Shown one piece after another: positions 1 to 14,404 of a stretch of 63,903 nt of DNA. The stretch is from Chara braunii. Lineage: Eukaryota; Plantae; Charophyceae. Below the pieces are notes generated by a model. That model ran no database searches. It was not told where the DNA came from and saw nothing but the letters and a program-made list of their open reading frames with translations. Within the stretch, counting starts at the first letter, position 1. Each line of letters begins with the position of its first letter. The stretch spans positions 2,272,790 to 2,336,692 of the forward strand of contig BFEA01000023.1 of the NCBI GenBank assembly GCA_003427395.1, written 5' to 3'. The translations under genes were made by a program, and so were the position numbers.

Positions 1-44
1 TTTCTTTCTCTCTTTCACACTCATAACAATAAATGGAACAAAAC

Positions 45-78
<34 letters not shown>

Positions 79-2782
79 TCACTCTCTCTCTCTTGTGTTA
101 GCTCTTAGTCTCATTGATTTGGCTACCTTAGGGTTGCGTTCCGCGCGCCCACGCGATAGACAATTATTATCATCACCATTCTCATTATGATCATGGTTGT
201 TGTATGTTGGGACTGGAAGATGGCGTGGTATCTTGATGTTCTTGGCTTATGGGGTGGTCACGAGATTGCTGGGTGGTTTGTACAGTCTGGTTTACTCAAG
301 CCTACAGGTGGTTGGTACTCAGGTATGTAGGGTTATTTACTTAAACCTGACGCAAAGAGTTTTTTTCTGCTTTTTTTATTCCTTACTTGGCAACAGGTGG
401 TTGGTAGTCAGGCATGTTGGAAGTTGCGGGAGAGATTTTAATTTTGTTTTGTTTCAAGGTGAAAAATGCCATAAAAATTACATGTTGTGGACTGAGTAAG
501 AATCAAAGGTCTGACATATTTGCTCATGTCAGATCTTGGCAATAGACAAGGTTGGCAAATCTTGCGGGTCTTGTCGGACATATTGGCTCATGTCAGACCT
601 CGGAGAGGAAGTTGTGCATACACACATGCGTGGTTGCCCAACCATGAATTTTGTGAAAGCTCGCCCAAAAAAAGACCCCTTCAAAATGTTTTAGTTTCAT
701 TATAAGTAATCATGACTTTTTCTCCTCCACCATTTATGGCAAGAGCTTTAAATAATTAGAGGAGAATGAAAAAAGGACATTCGAGTTTTGCACATACCCT
801 TTCCCTTCCCTCTCCCCCTCAGCCTTCTCCCCTACCGCAAAAGTCTAAATGTTTTTTTTTTTTTAATGAATTTTGCATGCAAGGTGTATCTTATCTTGGT
901 CACCCTTGAGCAATAGGCACAGTGGTGCACACCCTGTAGTCTAGGAATATCGGTTTGCATCGGTTTTCGTGTCTTGTAGACCCTTTGGTGCATACCCTGT
1001 AGTGCAAGTAGTCTACTAATATCAGTTTGCTAACTTGAATGAATGTCTTTTGTTATATGTACGACATTTTAGAAATATTGCAGGAATATGACAATTGGCG
1101 TATGCGAAGAAAGAAGTCATCCTGGAAGGAGGAAGAAAGAACGACGAAAAGAATAAAATGTTAGGAAGAAATAACATGCAACATATTTTTACGAAAAAGA
1201 AAAAAAACAGGTTGTTACGATCAATGGCAAAAGCATACGCATCCTCATCATCTCACGACGTAACACTTTACCTATTAGAGGACACATTTTTGACAACAAT
1301 GAAATCCACAACTGCGTTAATAAGCAAGGAGTTAGAGGAGGGGTTTGCTGATTATGTCACGGATCGAGGGATAAGACCAATTGTTGTAGAGTGCAATCGT
1401 GCGATGACAACAATTCGGAGGAAATCACCTTCAACTTGCGACATTGGTTCTGGGCAGGAAAAGTGTGTCCACTGGTGAGAGTGAAACAAACAGATAAGTT
1501 GAAGACTCGAAGGAAATATCTTAGGAAAGAAATGATGGTCAATGACAGTTGAAGGAGAAAGGGGAATGAGACTTGGGGTGAACCTACTTTTCAGAAGGCT
1601 CTTTTGATGGTCTCCAAAAATGGTAGAGAAAGGAACAACGAAAAAAAGGTTTCTCTGCAACAACTAGCATTCACTGAACTGGCCATCAAACAAGATATCC
1701 AAGGGACGAAGAAATCTACAAATATTCGGCACAGAATCAAAGAGTTTGCTGACACAAAACACGATATTGCTTCATCGGTCCGGGCAAGAGACAGTGTGAT
1801 GACGTTCTCTCTCCTCAAATTGGATCGTATGACATTTGTGGCTGATTGCGCGAGGAAATATTTCCTTGTGAGACAACAGTCAGCAAAGGATGAAACAAAA
1901 AAAAAACGATTTTTTCTCTAATAATGATTACACTAAAGAGGTCACCGCATCGGCTCTCGTGTCTCGTAGAGGTGACGTCGACAAATAGACATCAAAGTGA
2001 ACAGTTTTGTTGTGTCACGTGTACGTGTCAAGCACGAGTTTCGTAATGTATATAACTTCATTCCTTCTTGATTGAGCATTACTGCGATGTACTATGTACC
2101 ATGTCTAATACACTAGAAGTGTTATAATACAAACAGATAAAAAAACAATAACTAATGACACCGACTCACCGACTTTCAAATAACTTAAATTGGATAGTTG
2201 AACCGCTAGTGTCTGACTGACAAAGTGTGTGTGTTTACATGTTTAGGTGTGTAGGTGCGTGTCTGTATCTGTATGTATGTGTATGAATTCATGTGCGATA
2301 GGAAGTAAATATGTGAATGTGTATGAGTTTCTTTTTTCTTAAATAATAAAGTAGGGTTTTGTGTGTGCACATTTCTATGTGTTTATTTGTTATGAGAATA
2401 AAATATTAACCTTCAACGTAGTGGGAGAGAACAAAAAACAAAGAGAGCTTGATAGAAGGTTGCAAGGATATTAATATCGAATGCGTTAATGATATGTCAA
2501 GCAAAACAATAGAGATTCTGAATTGTGACATGAACAACATGTCGGGTAAATTATGTTGAACATGTAAAATAATTACTTTTCGTATTGATAGATTGTATCA
2601 AGCACAAAAGTTCTATTTTTTGGGTGAAATGATTTAAGTTCAGATGATGACTTCATGATTTACTTAGATGAAATTGTGTCATGCAGTTATAATATGTGTG
2701 CAACTATCTTATATTTTTGATACCTCTACAGAAAAACGGTCATATATGACCCCCCCTTTCTTTCCAACGGTTTTTATTTATT

Positions 2783-2860
<78 letters not shown>

Positions 2861-2863
<3 letters not shown>

Positions 2864-3030
2864 CGATATTGTTCCTTTGTGTCTCCTTGAGCGAAGAAGA
2901 GAAAACAACATCCTACGAAACCGACCAACCGCCGAATTATTGAAAAAACAATTCATTACTGAGCGGATGTACAATGTACGTTGTACTTTAATTACAAGTG
3001 ATGCAATGAGGGTTGAAACTCTACGTACCT

Positions 3031-3108
<78 letters not shown>

Positions 3109-3601
3109 TTTCTCTCTCTCTCTCTCTCATACTCTCTCTCTCTCTTTCTCTCTCAGACTCTCTCACTCTCTCTCACTCTCTCTCTCAGACTCTCTCTCTC
3201 TCTCTCTAAGAGTGTTTATATTCATCTCTGTAAAGCAAAAGGGCAAACAACATGCGATGAAATTCAGAACTCGAAAACAAAATTAATACGTAGTACTTTG
3301 ATCCACAAGTGATGCAATCAGGGTTGAAATACTGCGTATCTATGTTCTCTTTTTTTTTTTTTTTTTTTTTTTTNTATGTTCTCTTTTTTTTTTTTTTTTT
3401 TTTTTTTCTCTCTCTCTCTCAGAGTGTTCATACCTGTCTTTATAAATAAAAAAGGTAAACAACATGCGATGAAATCCGGAACCCGAAAACAAAATTAATT
3501 TTTTTTGTAAATGTTTCCCCTTAAGGATCTACAAGGAGCGTAGAACTTTAAGCTCCAAATGATGCATTTGGGTCTTAAAGGATATGTGTGTGTGTGTGTG
3601 T

Positions 3602-3651
<50 letters not shown>

Positions 3652-3685
3652 TTGTGTGTGTGTATGTGTGTGTGTATGTGTTTGT

Positions 3686-3716
<31 letters not shown>

Positions 3717-3834
3717 AATGTGTGTGTGTTTGTAGATATCTATATATGAAAATGGTGAGCAACATGCACTGAAACCCATAACAGGAAGGCAAAATTTATT
3801 TGAGCTCCAACTGATGAATCTAGAGCTAAAAGAC

Positions 3835-3866
<32 letters not shown>

Positions 3867-4203
3867 NCTTTTCGTCCATACCAGTCTCCAAATGATCAAA
3901 AATTATAGCAACATCCACTGAAATCGAACAACCACAAACAAATATATATTCAAGAAAAATGTTATTTTAGAAAAAGACAAGGTACATACAACTTTGAGTC
4001 ATAACTGATGTATTACGGGCAAAAACACTACGTACCTTTTTTTTTTTTTTTTTTTTTTTTTTTCTCTCAGAGTGTTCATATCCATGTTTATAAAGCAAAA
4101 GGATAAACAACATGCGATGAAATTCCGAACCCGAAAGCAAAATTAATATGTAGTACTTTGATCCATAAGTGATGCAATCAGAGTTGAAATACTGCGTACC
4201 TAT

Positions 4204-4271
<68 letters not shown>

Positions 4272-4961
4272 AGTGTTCATATCTGTCTTTATAAATCAAA
4301 AGGGTAAACAACATGCGATGAAATCCGGAATCCGAAAGCAAAATTATTTTTTTTTGTAAATGTTTCCCTTTAAGGATCTACAAAGAACGTAGAACTTTTA
4401 GCTCCAAATGATGCATTTGGGTCTAAAAGAAAATGTGTGTGTGTGTGTGTATGTGTGTGTGTGTGTGTGTTCATATACCTCTATATATGAAAATGGTGAA
4501 CAACATGCACTGAAACCCATAACACGAAGCAAAATTTATTTGAGCCCCAACTGATAAAATCGGGGCTAAAAAACTCCTCTTTCTCTCTCTCTTTCCTTCT
4601 TTTCGTCCATACCAGTCTCCAAATGATCAAACGTTACAGCAACATCCACTGAAGTCGAACAACCACAGAAATATATATGTTTAAGAAAAACGTTATTTTA
4701 CAAAAAGACAACCTACGTATAACTTTGAGTCACAACGGATATATTATAGGCAAAAACACTACGTACCTTTTTTTTTTTTTTTTTCTCTCTCTCTTGTTCC
4801 TACCGGTATCCAAATGATAAAAATTGACAACAGTATCGACTTCAATCGCACAATCACAAAATTTTAAGAAAAGAAAATAATTGTTATGTAGAAAGGCAAG
4901 GTACGTAGTACTTTGAGTCATAATTTATGTATTAAGGGCAAAAACATTATTTACATTTACA

Positions 4962-5014
<53 letters not shown>

Positions 5015-5765
5015 GTCTCTAGATGATCAAGACTGACAACAATATCCATTGAAAACGAAGAACCAAAAAATCCTTAGACAAAAAATATTTTGTAGAAAGA
5101 CAAGGTACGTAGTACTTTGAGTCAGAAGTGATGTGTTAAAGGTAAAAATACAACGTACCTTTGGTTGTGCGTGTGTGTCTCTCTCTCGTTCCTGCTATAT
5201 ATATATAACAAAACCCAATAGTCATTTTATCCAAACTTGCTAGCAATTCACACAATATAGACCATACTAATTGATTATAAAAACATAACAATAAAAAACA
5301 TTTATAAAACAGTGAGGCAAAAGTAGACTTTCACATAAATTTTGTCAACATTCAGGTTCAGAAATCTTGAGAAATGTCAGAAATCTCAGCAGAGGAAATT
5401 CCAATGATCCAAGTGAGACCAAATTTCGTACACCGAAGCCTTGAAAAAAAAAAGCACCCCCCCCCCCAATTAAAACTTGACCCCTAAACTTTAATTTTAG
5501 TTTATCGGTGTGTTTGTGAGGACCTGAAAGTGGGGGTCCCTGCTACCATTGGTGCTCTCTCTCTCTCTCTCTCTCTCTGCACTTACGATTTTCCAAATGA
5601 TCAAAAGTGACAATACCATCCACTGAAGAAAAAATAAATGCAAACTGTTTATTAAAAGGGAAATTTTATTATGTAGAAAGATAAGGTACGTGTTACTTTG
5701 AGTCACAACTGGTATATTAAGGGCAAAAACACTATGTACCTTTGCGCGCTCTCTCTCTCTCACAC
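2861..5765. repeat. Degenerate tandem array of about 12 units of 110-175 bp, each separated by a microsatellite
   Basis: Recurring blocks (aacaacatgcgatgaaat...gtagtactttga...tgatg...aaaa...cgtacc) between (TC)n, (T)n and (TG)n tracts; higher-order duplication ~3210-4040 vs ~4070-4770. Confidence 0.8.
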
Positions 5766-5766
5766 T

Positions 5767-5822
<56 letters not shown>

Positions 5823-5881
5823 NNNNNNNNNNNNNNNNNNNNNNNNNNNNNNNNNNNNNNNNNNNNNNNNNNNNNNNNNNN

Positions 5882-5947
<66 letters not shown>

Positions 5948-8676
5948 CACTATAATGTAAAATAACGACTATGCAATATCTTCAAAAACAAATCTATAAC
6001 TACAACCACTGTTATGTACTTAGGCGGGGGGTGAAAAGGGTGAGGAGGGAAGGGGTGCGACTTGTGTGTGATGAATAACAACATTTTTTTTTTTTTTGTT
6101 CTTCCATTTTTGTTTACAAACACAAAATATACAGATGGTTAGCATCGAATATTTAATTTCCAACAGATGGTCAACACATTACCAACATATTATCAACATG
6201 TAACCAACATAAGGCTCACATATCTATATCTACCAATGTTGATTTCCATTAGATATCCTACAACCACATAAGAACCCCTATAAAAACAGATGAAAAAATG
6301 AAACAAACACCAGATATACATACACCCCTATGATAAACTTAGTAATTTTAAGGCTGTATTTTTTCTGTTGTAGAAGCCCCAAGTAATGGTCGTTCCCGGC
6401 GTCATCCGCGGCAACGAGGTTTTTCCACACCCCGGCTGCCCGCCGCATTACCCACCACCTAGGCGAGGCGCGTGGTGATAGCTTGCAGATATCATAAATC
6501 GTTGGCAACAACCAAACCAGACTATGCCGTCCCCATGTCTGGTCGTCATCGTCTTCTCCAAGAGTCGTCCCCGCCATGTCATCGTCCCGGCCTAACAACA
6601 ACGGTCTGCATGTGTGGTTGCCGAGCAGTGAATCGAGACTTTTGAAGGCATCCTTGGCCATCCTGCCGGCAATGGCCCATCACTGCAGCAGCGAGCTCTT
6701 ACCGCCGTCTCCTCCCGAGTCGCGACATGACTGTTGTTGCACATCAATGGGAGGCGATGGCTTGGACACCGGGTGGAGGCACCAAAAGACTTCGAACCCG
6801 TGGCGAAGGGTCTCAGGAACCCACCCCTAACCACCACCCGAACCCCAAGCACTGATGGACTCGGGGCCCGTCCAAGGGTGACAACCGCAGTGTGCCATGA
6901 ACCCTTTGCACTACACCCCGGTGGACAGCCAGGTCCTAAGGGCGAACGAAGGGAATGGGAGGGGAAGTTGGGCCCTTCCCCTCCCATTCGACACGATGGC
7001 CAATGCACCAACGAGTTGGCTTCCCACAAATGGAAAGGTTGGCGGGCACCACTTCGGCCTCACCGTTTTCACTTGAAACCGGGGTTCATAGGGCGGGGAA
7101 TGAGTGGAGGCGCACTTACCCAAAATGTTTTGTACCATTCGTACATGGGAGCCGGCCGTCGGGTCACATGCATCCCATGTGCGCGGCAGTTGTGCAATAA
7201 TGACGGTTATGAGTCATTATTGCCAAGACTTTTTTTTTTTTTTTTTAATCGTTTACGAAAACAAAATTTATTTTTGACGGGGGACGAACGCCTTCGGGTT
7301 CGGACCCCGAACGGGACTCCGAACGCTCGTGCGTACGGAGGTCGACTCGAGGACTTCCGTACGTATGGGTTTGTGACCCTGTATATTGTCATATATATTA
7401 TAACGATGTTACCATCATCATCACCCTTATCGATCTTTTTCTTCATCGTCATCATCATCAACGGGAGAGGATGAAAATGACGAAGGAGGGTCGGCCGACA
7501 AAAGTCAAGAGGAGGTCGTGAAGAGGGTACACTTTGGGAAAGGAGGAGGAGCATAAGGTTTTGGGGGATACATGTATAGATAGATAAATAGATATCTAGA
7601 TACATGGACATATATATAGACAAGTAAATAAATATAGTGATAAATAAATTGATACATCGTGAACATCTTTGTAGTAAATAAATAAGAAAAATAAAGTGAA
7701 TTAAACAATTAAAGAACGAACACATACAATGTGGAAATAAAAAGATAATGATAATGCTATTTTTTTGTTGTCGTTTTGACGAGAATGAACGAAAGTCATA
7801 AAGAGGATCATGTATATATAAACAGGTAGACATACAAATAAACATACAAAACAGAAAAAAAAATAAATTGTTATGTTATTTTCTTAAACAATTTTTTATG
7901 TCCTTATATTTTTTTATTTTATTTTATTTTATTTGCGCATGATTGCTCACCGTGACCTCCGAATTGATAAGAAAGTGTCACCTCTCCATATCTCGCAATA
8001 CTTCACTTTCTTTCTCTCTTTCGTTGTTGGTTGTTTTTGTTTTCGCCATACTACAACGCATTATGTTCATACTCGTAAACATTACAATGATGGTTGTCAT
8101 CAGAGGGCACGATCGTCAACCTCTCGTTGGGTAATATGGAAAAAGCAAGGTTAACAATAACCTCGAGGTTGGACGCATATGAGATGCTGATCAATAAGTT
8201 ATTTTCGTGTTCATATCACGCCACATCACATGTACAAACAATCAATTGTTGCCGTTAACATGATTGTACGGATAACTTTTTTTTTTTTTTTTAATCATAT
8301 TTTTTTAATTTTTAATTTTATTTTTAAATTTTTATTTCAATAATGAGGTTCTATTTATGATTTGAATTATATGTTAGAAATTAAATGAAAGTATGGGTAC
8401 GTTTATGAAATATTTTAAGGAGTTTCATTAAAAATGAGTAAATTCAATTTACCCTATAAGAAATTTGTTGTAGTAAAATAAAAGTTTCATTAAAAAATAT
8501 ATATATTTGATTGCATTTTCAATGTAAAGTTTTAACCAAGAAGAAAAACTCACTTTTATATGAAAATTTGTTAAAAAAATAAAAATAAAAATGATAAATT
8601 TTAAATATATATTTATTTTTTAAAATAAAACATTCGTTAATCTTATATTTTTAATAAGATTTTTTAAAATTTTATA

Positions 8677-9057
8677 GGGATAATTTATAAAATATCCCCT
8701 TAAGTAAAGATAGATGGCAAAATACCCCTAAAACATGTGAATAGACCATAATGCCCCTTTAGCAAATAAAACTTTTGTAAAATATCTCTGGCGTCGGTTG
8801 GACTCCCCATCTTTGCAATATACCGCTACCAAGTAGTATTCAACTTTGCAAAATGCACATGTACTTGCTAACGTTTTCAAGACCTGATTGCAAAATACCC
8901 AACCTCAATCGCGAGGTTCATATTGCAAATTTGCGGACCGACCTAACAAGGGCATAACACAAAAAATTCGGTTAGAAAGGGCATGCCGCTTTACCCACAT
9001 CGTTTAATGACATTTTGACATATATCTGAACTTATTGAGGTATTTTGCAAATTATAT
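8677..9057. mobile_element. Decayed Mutator-like MITE
   Basis: gggataatttataaaatatcccc... / ...gaggtattttgcaaattat imperfect TIRs with internal aaaataccc motifs. Confidence 0.4.
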
Positions 9058-9591
9058 ATTCGAATAATGAGTTCTTTTTATTTTTATTTTTTTTATTGGG
9101 TAATGTTGTCTATCTGTGCACGAAAAATGGCCGGAAGGTCGGATCGTAAGTCCACATATTATCCATGGAGCCTTAATAGTAGGGTGATTGGAAGGACCAC
9201 GTGCATGACCTCCCGAAAAAGGACGCAACCATGCACGACGACACTGAGGTGGATTCCCCCTGCGTGCCAAACTTTACTGAAACACTAGAGCCTATAAAAT
9301 TTTCAGGCCGACTTTATATGGTTTTCAAGTTGGCTCTATTTAGATGATAAAGTTTGTATGTGTTTTGGACGAAAATGAGAGAGCACCAACATTTTGAGTG
9401 CATTAGGATAAACTGCCTATGCAGATTCATTTATAATTTTGAAGATGGAGAGTAGTGAAACTAGGCCTTCATACGTGTGAAGCATTAACCATTGGATCAC
9501 AAGTCATTGGAGTAGAAAGACAAAACTGTTTACCGCGTGGGCGCAGGAAACACAACCTTAAAGTAGCCAAAGCAACTGGACTAAGCGAGCG

Positions 9592-9655
<64 letters not shown>

Positions 9656-10016
9656 AATGGCAAAAATGAAATATGGGTATAATTGTGGCCGCGATCAATT
9701 TTGCGGATGAAAGCACTCAAATTTTCAGGTTTTTTCACGTATTTTTTTTAGCGCGAAAAATCACTGAAGTTTGGGTACTTTTTTTGTTGGCCCACACATG
9801 GATGAGTGACAAAAATGGAAAATGCGCCGAATCGGCGCAGCGATTATTTTGTAGTACCTTTGTCGCTTCAGAAATGAGGGAAAACACCAGTTCTCGAAAA
9901 TTTCGAAAGCCGGGCCCGCCGACGGCTGCCATTAATAAATATAATCGGTGGCCGTTATTTCGTTTCGGCCTCCTGAAAGGTCGGAGGCCGAACTGATAAA
10001 GGTAGTAATGGTTTTA

Positions 10017-10047
<31 letters not shown>

Positions 10048-10321
10048 CCTGAACGAATTTTCAAATTTCCAGATTTCTTCTGTGGGTTCCTCTGAGCAAA
10101 AAAAATTGCCAAAGTTCCCTCTTGGACGGGACGTCTGTTTCGTTGCGCCTTCCCACGTCCTCCCATCGTTGAACTCCCTGTTTTGAAAAGAAGGGCTTCA
10201 AGGGCTGGGCCTGAGGGCTCTTTTGCAGTTCACATGCAAGGGAGGACCGGTCCTCCAATTTTGCTACGGCGCCGATTCTATGTGCGATAGCTTTCCATTT
10301 GCGTGTGGCCCCTTTTTAGTC

Positions 10322-10507
10322 CAGCCTCGGTCAAAAGTGACACTTGACAAAATAGGCTCGGAGGAGATATGGGTTCTTTCTAGCCCGTGTGAAAGGCGGT
10401 CACGAGCAGCAGAGCAGCCTGGGTCAAAAGTGACACTTGACAAAATAGGCTCGGAGGAGATATGGGTTCTTTTTAGCCCGTGTGAAAGGCCGTCACGAGC
10501 AGCAGAG
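10322..10507 (+). repeat. 93-bp near-perfect tandem duplication upstream of the DnaJ start
   Basis: Two copies starting at 10322 and 10415. Confidence 0.9.
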
Positions 10508-10781
10508 CGGGTACAGGTAGCGCGGCCTTTCCTGTTTGAGCTTTCGTACAACTGCGTGGCCACCGAGGGATTTGAGCCGCGTACCTAACGATCAGCAGTT
10601 CTCGGCGTTTACCAAACTTAGCCAGGGGCGCCCCCCGCTCTCGTGCCTTTCGCATGCCGTGCCACAAGCCGCGTGGCTGGCCGAACGTGGACGCTCCCGG
10701 GTCAGACAGCGTTGTGGTGTACGTGTACCGTGAAGGGTGATTGCCGTCGTCGTGCGGCACCGGCCGTCGAGATTCGCGGCG

Positions 10782-11249
10782 ATGGCGACCGCAGGGCCTG
10801 TGTGCGTGCCACCTTGTGGCTCTGCCACGTCAGCGATAGGCGTGGCCGGGTCATCGTTGGCGGGGGGGGTGTCGGGATCATCATCCAAGCGGCGGCTGTC
10901 GTGCTGTACATCGTCATCGCTGTGTCCACGTGGCATGTGGGCAAGTAGCAGACGAAGGCAGCAGCGATCATTTGCAGGGTCGAGGTGGTCAGGTGCGGGA
11001 TTGCATGTCGGCGGCGATGATGAAGGCAAGGACCTGCCGAGGCTCAAGCAAGGCCTGACACGTGGGGGCGGCCTATTCCGCGGCAACAACAAATGGGAGA
11101 GGAGGAGGAAGATAGGAGAAGGGAGGGGACGGGGATGCCGATGGAGAGGGACAGTCTGCATGGCTGCAGACTACTACGCGACGCTGGGAGTTCCACGAAA
11201 TGCGTCGAAACAGGAGATCAAGAACGCGTATCGACGGTTGGCAAGGAAG
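10782..11249 (+). CDS. dnaJ: Chloroplast type-A DnaJ (DJA7-like), exon 1: transit peptide plus start of J-domain
   Basis: ATG at 10782; Ser/Arg/Gly-rich N-terminus followed by DYYATLGVPRNASKQEIKNAYRRLARK; donor AAG|GTATGC, phase 0. Confidence 0.9.
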
Positions 11250-12205
11250 GTATGCACGCGCGTCAGCCAATCACCATCACAACCACCATCATCATCATCA
11301 GGCTAGTCAAAAGAATGTAGCCGTAATCACGGGCAGATGCACGAGGGAGGTGTTTATCTGACAACGCCCGCACTTTTCGTCTTCCTTACTCTTTGTTCGT
11401 TCTTCCATCTTCTTCTCAGTCCCGTGGCATCTGTAGAGATCAGTGTGGTGGATGCGGGAGCCACACCCCCATGAGAAGTGCTGGAGCGCAGCCAGCCGAA
11501 ATGCATCGGGGAATGTGCGCGTTTACGTGGATGTTTGCACCTGATGACAATAAATGGACGTATCTTTTTGTGTGCATGATCGCATAACATTTGCCTCGCT
11601 ATCTCCTCCTCCTCCTCCTCCTCCTCCTTGTTCTTCTTCTGGACGATTGGGTTGGAAGCATCGGCGCGTAGTGATTAGCCTTGCTTTCTCTATTCTCTAT
11701 TTTCTTGTTCTTTTTCTTCTTCCTCCTCCTCCTCTTCCTCCTCCTCACTCGCTGGGAATGACAAGCCTCGCCCATTCCTCCCGCCTCTGTGCAAGGAAGG
11801 CGGGAGGCTACGACATGCCACGTAGCTTGTCCTCCTTTTTCTTCTTCTTCTTCTTCCCCTTCCTCCTCCCCCCCTTCCTTCTCCTCCTCCTTGACGTTCT
11901 CCCCCCTTCGTCCTTTTTCTTTCCTCCTTTCCCGTTCATCCCCTCCTTCCTTCTCCTCCTCCTTTTCATCCTAATCACTCTCGCTCTCCTCCCCGTCCTC
12001 CTCCCCCTCCTCAACCCCCTCCCCCACCTCCTCCATCTCTTCTTCCCCTTTGTTCTCCTTCTCCGCCTCCTTCTTCCTGTCCTCCCCTCCTTCCTCCGGC
12101 TTCTCATCCTCCTCNNNNNNNNNNNNNNNNNNNNNNNNNNNNNNNNNNNNNNNNNNNNNNNNNNNNNNNNNNNNNNNNNNNNNNNNNNNNNNNNNNNNNN
12201 NNNNN

Positions 12206-12265
<60 letters not shown>

Positions 12266-13419
12266 CTTCATATCCTACCCACCTCGTTGTCCCCTTCGTT
12301 GGGATGAGAAGAAGGTATTCCTGAAGAACAGGAGCACCGTGGGCAGCGAAGAAGAGAAAGGCAGTACAGCATGAAGAAGTGGTTTAGAGGAAAAAGGCAA
12401 TGAAGCCGAAGGAACGAGGGGCATGGAAGGTGACCCAGTGTTCAGACGCTTTGTTGAAGGGGACTTATGACGAGATTGCTTTCGCTCCCATCAATTCATT
12501 GACCGAAGAAGGAAATCATCCTCTGTAGTCAACATTCGTGATGCCAATCGTGGTCAATCAATCAATCAATCAATCAATCGTTCAATCACTTAATCAATCA
12601 ACTGATCTTCTTTCCTTGACGTGCAGATGAGAAAGCCAAACGACATGATCATAACCATAATGGTGATTGTGACGAGGACGATGATCACTTTGTTGAAAAT
12701 GATAAAAGCATCGACATGAGGCGTCCGGAAGAACGTGGCAGGCGGGGAAAAGGGAAAAGAGATGTCCAGCTCGCCGGTCCGACCAGCAGGAGGAGGAGGA
12801 GGAGGAGGAGGAGGAGGAGGAGGAGGAGGAGGTGGCAATGGACAGAGAAGGAGGTGGTAATGGAGGAGGAGACGGTGACTGCGGGATGAGGAGCAGCATC
12901 AGGAAGAAGTGCAGATCATATCATAATGATGATAATAATGATTGCAACTAATGATTGCAATGACCACGACGCCACGGGTGCCCTGAATGCCATCCGCACT
13001 TTATGATCCACGTCAGCAACCACGTCCTCCCGTCTAATCCATTTATCCACATCCACCTTATCCACTTCATTCACCTTATCCACATCAGATACGTCCGCTA
13101 CATCGTCCGCGTCCCACATCCACCTTATCCACATCCACATCCACCTTATCCACATCCACATCATCGTCGATATTTCGGTATGGCTACCATGATCATCGAC
13201 CCCGTCGCCGATCTTTTTCATCAGATGCAACCGATCCTCGAACCTTCGCCGATCACATCTTGCCCGTTCGCGGACTCGCGCGTCGGACTCCAGAAAGACG
13301 GAACCCTCCGCCAACCCCGCTCGCCCCCACAGTCGGCACACGCCCGCCCGCACACGTACACACGCACACACACGTGCGCCCATAGAGCAAACGTTCATTC
13401 ACTCATCTGTCGCATGTGG

Positions 13420-13503
<84 letters not shown>

Positions 13504-13506
<3 letters not shown>

Positions 13507-13590
13507 GTCGGTGAAAGTCCAACGAAACAGTCTGTTCGGTACAGTCATGCTTGTTTTGAGTGTATAGCGAATATGACAACACACGCACAC
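13504..13590 (+). mobile_element. 5'-truncated hammerhead-family repeat (CA-associated subfamily)
   Basis: (CA)n-gagtcggtgaaagtccaacgaaacagtctg...acacacgcacac. Confidence 0.65.
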
Positions 13591-13833
13591 ACGGAGCAAT
13601 GCGATCCGATTACTTTACCGAAGATATGCTTTTTTAAGGATTATATATGCTAGCACTTGAAGATTTCCTATAAAAAGTTTTATTTCTCTCAAGGACAATG
13701 CTCACAAAAACATACAAATTTCAATCAAATGCCATCTTTTGTTTGTTTGGAAGACGTGATGAAAGCAAGAGTAGAAAGAAAAATTCATCTTTATACTTAC
13801 TTCTTTATGGTTAAAAATTGTAAAAGATAGAAG

Positions 13834-14106
13834 CTATACATCCAAAAGCATTTTAAAGTTTCTTGTTTGAAATAATAAAAACACCATAAAAATGGTGCTG
13901 GCAGTACCAATCAACAGAAAGATTTTACAAAAATAAGTCAAAATTATATACTCTATATCATATATGATGATTAAATTATTATAAAACCGATTAGCAGTGG
14001 TGAAAGGATTATTGATCAGCAATAGACATGTCATCAAAACACTCAGTAAACCCAACCATCCCTCATTACGCACTAATGGTGGATAATCATATCTGTGTGA
14101 AGTGAT
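13834..14106 (-). pseudogene. nad2: NUMT: mitochondrial nad2 5' fragment
   Basis: YDYPPLVRNEGWLGLLSV...FYNNLII...TYFCKIFLLIGTAST matches the plant mitochondrial Nad2 N-terminus; contains indels. Confidence 0.85.
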
Positions 14107-14404
14107 CAAAATCATGCCATAGATAAGGGGTTTGAATCGACACTCTGTTAGGACTGATAAGTTGGTGTGAGTAAAATCGAGGACTTTTTTCTCTCTCTCT
14201 CAAGGGTGGGTATCGCTCTCTCAAAATTGGGGATCGCTCTCTCGAAGTTGGGTATCGCTCTCTCAAACGGTGGGTAGCGCTCTCTCAAAGGTGGGTATGG
14301 GTGACGTGGCCAGTCCGTATCCATCATTCAATTCGTCTTGGGCGGACTGTCGGGGTTCAACCTCGTGACAAGTCGGTGACCACGTGACAAGTCGGGGTTC
14401 AACC

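Noticed and set aside
1095-1921. Two ORFs (127 and 105 aa) with protein-like composition
   Set aside because: No recognisable motif and broken frames; possibly a decayed TE gene, but not supportable
11600-13500. Long low-complexity ORFs (poly-P, -L, -R, -H)
   Set aside because: Translations of (CCT)n, (GGA)n, (CA)n and ccacat repeats inside intron 1
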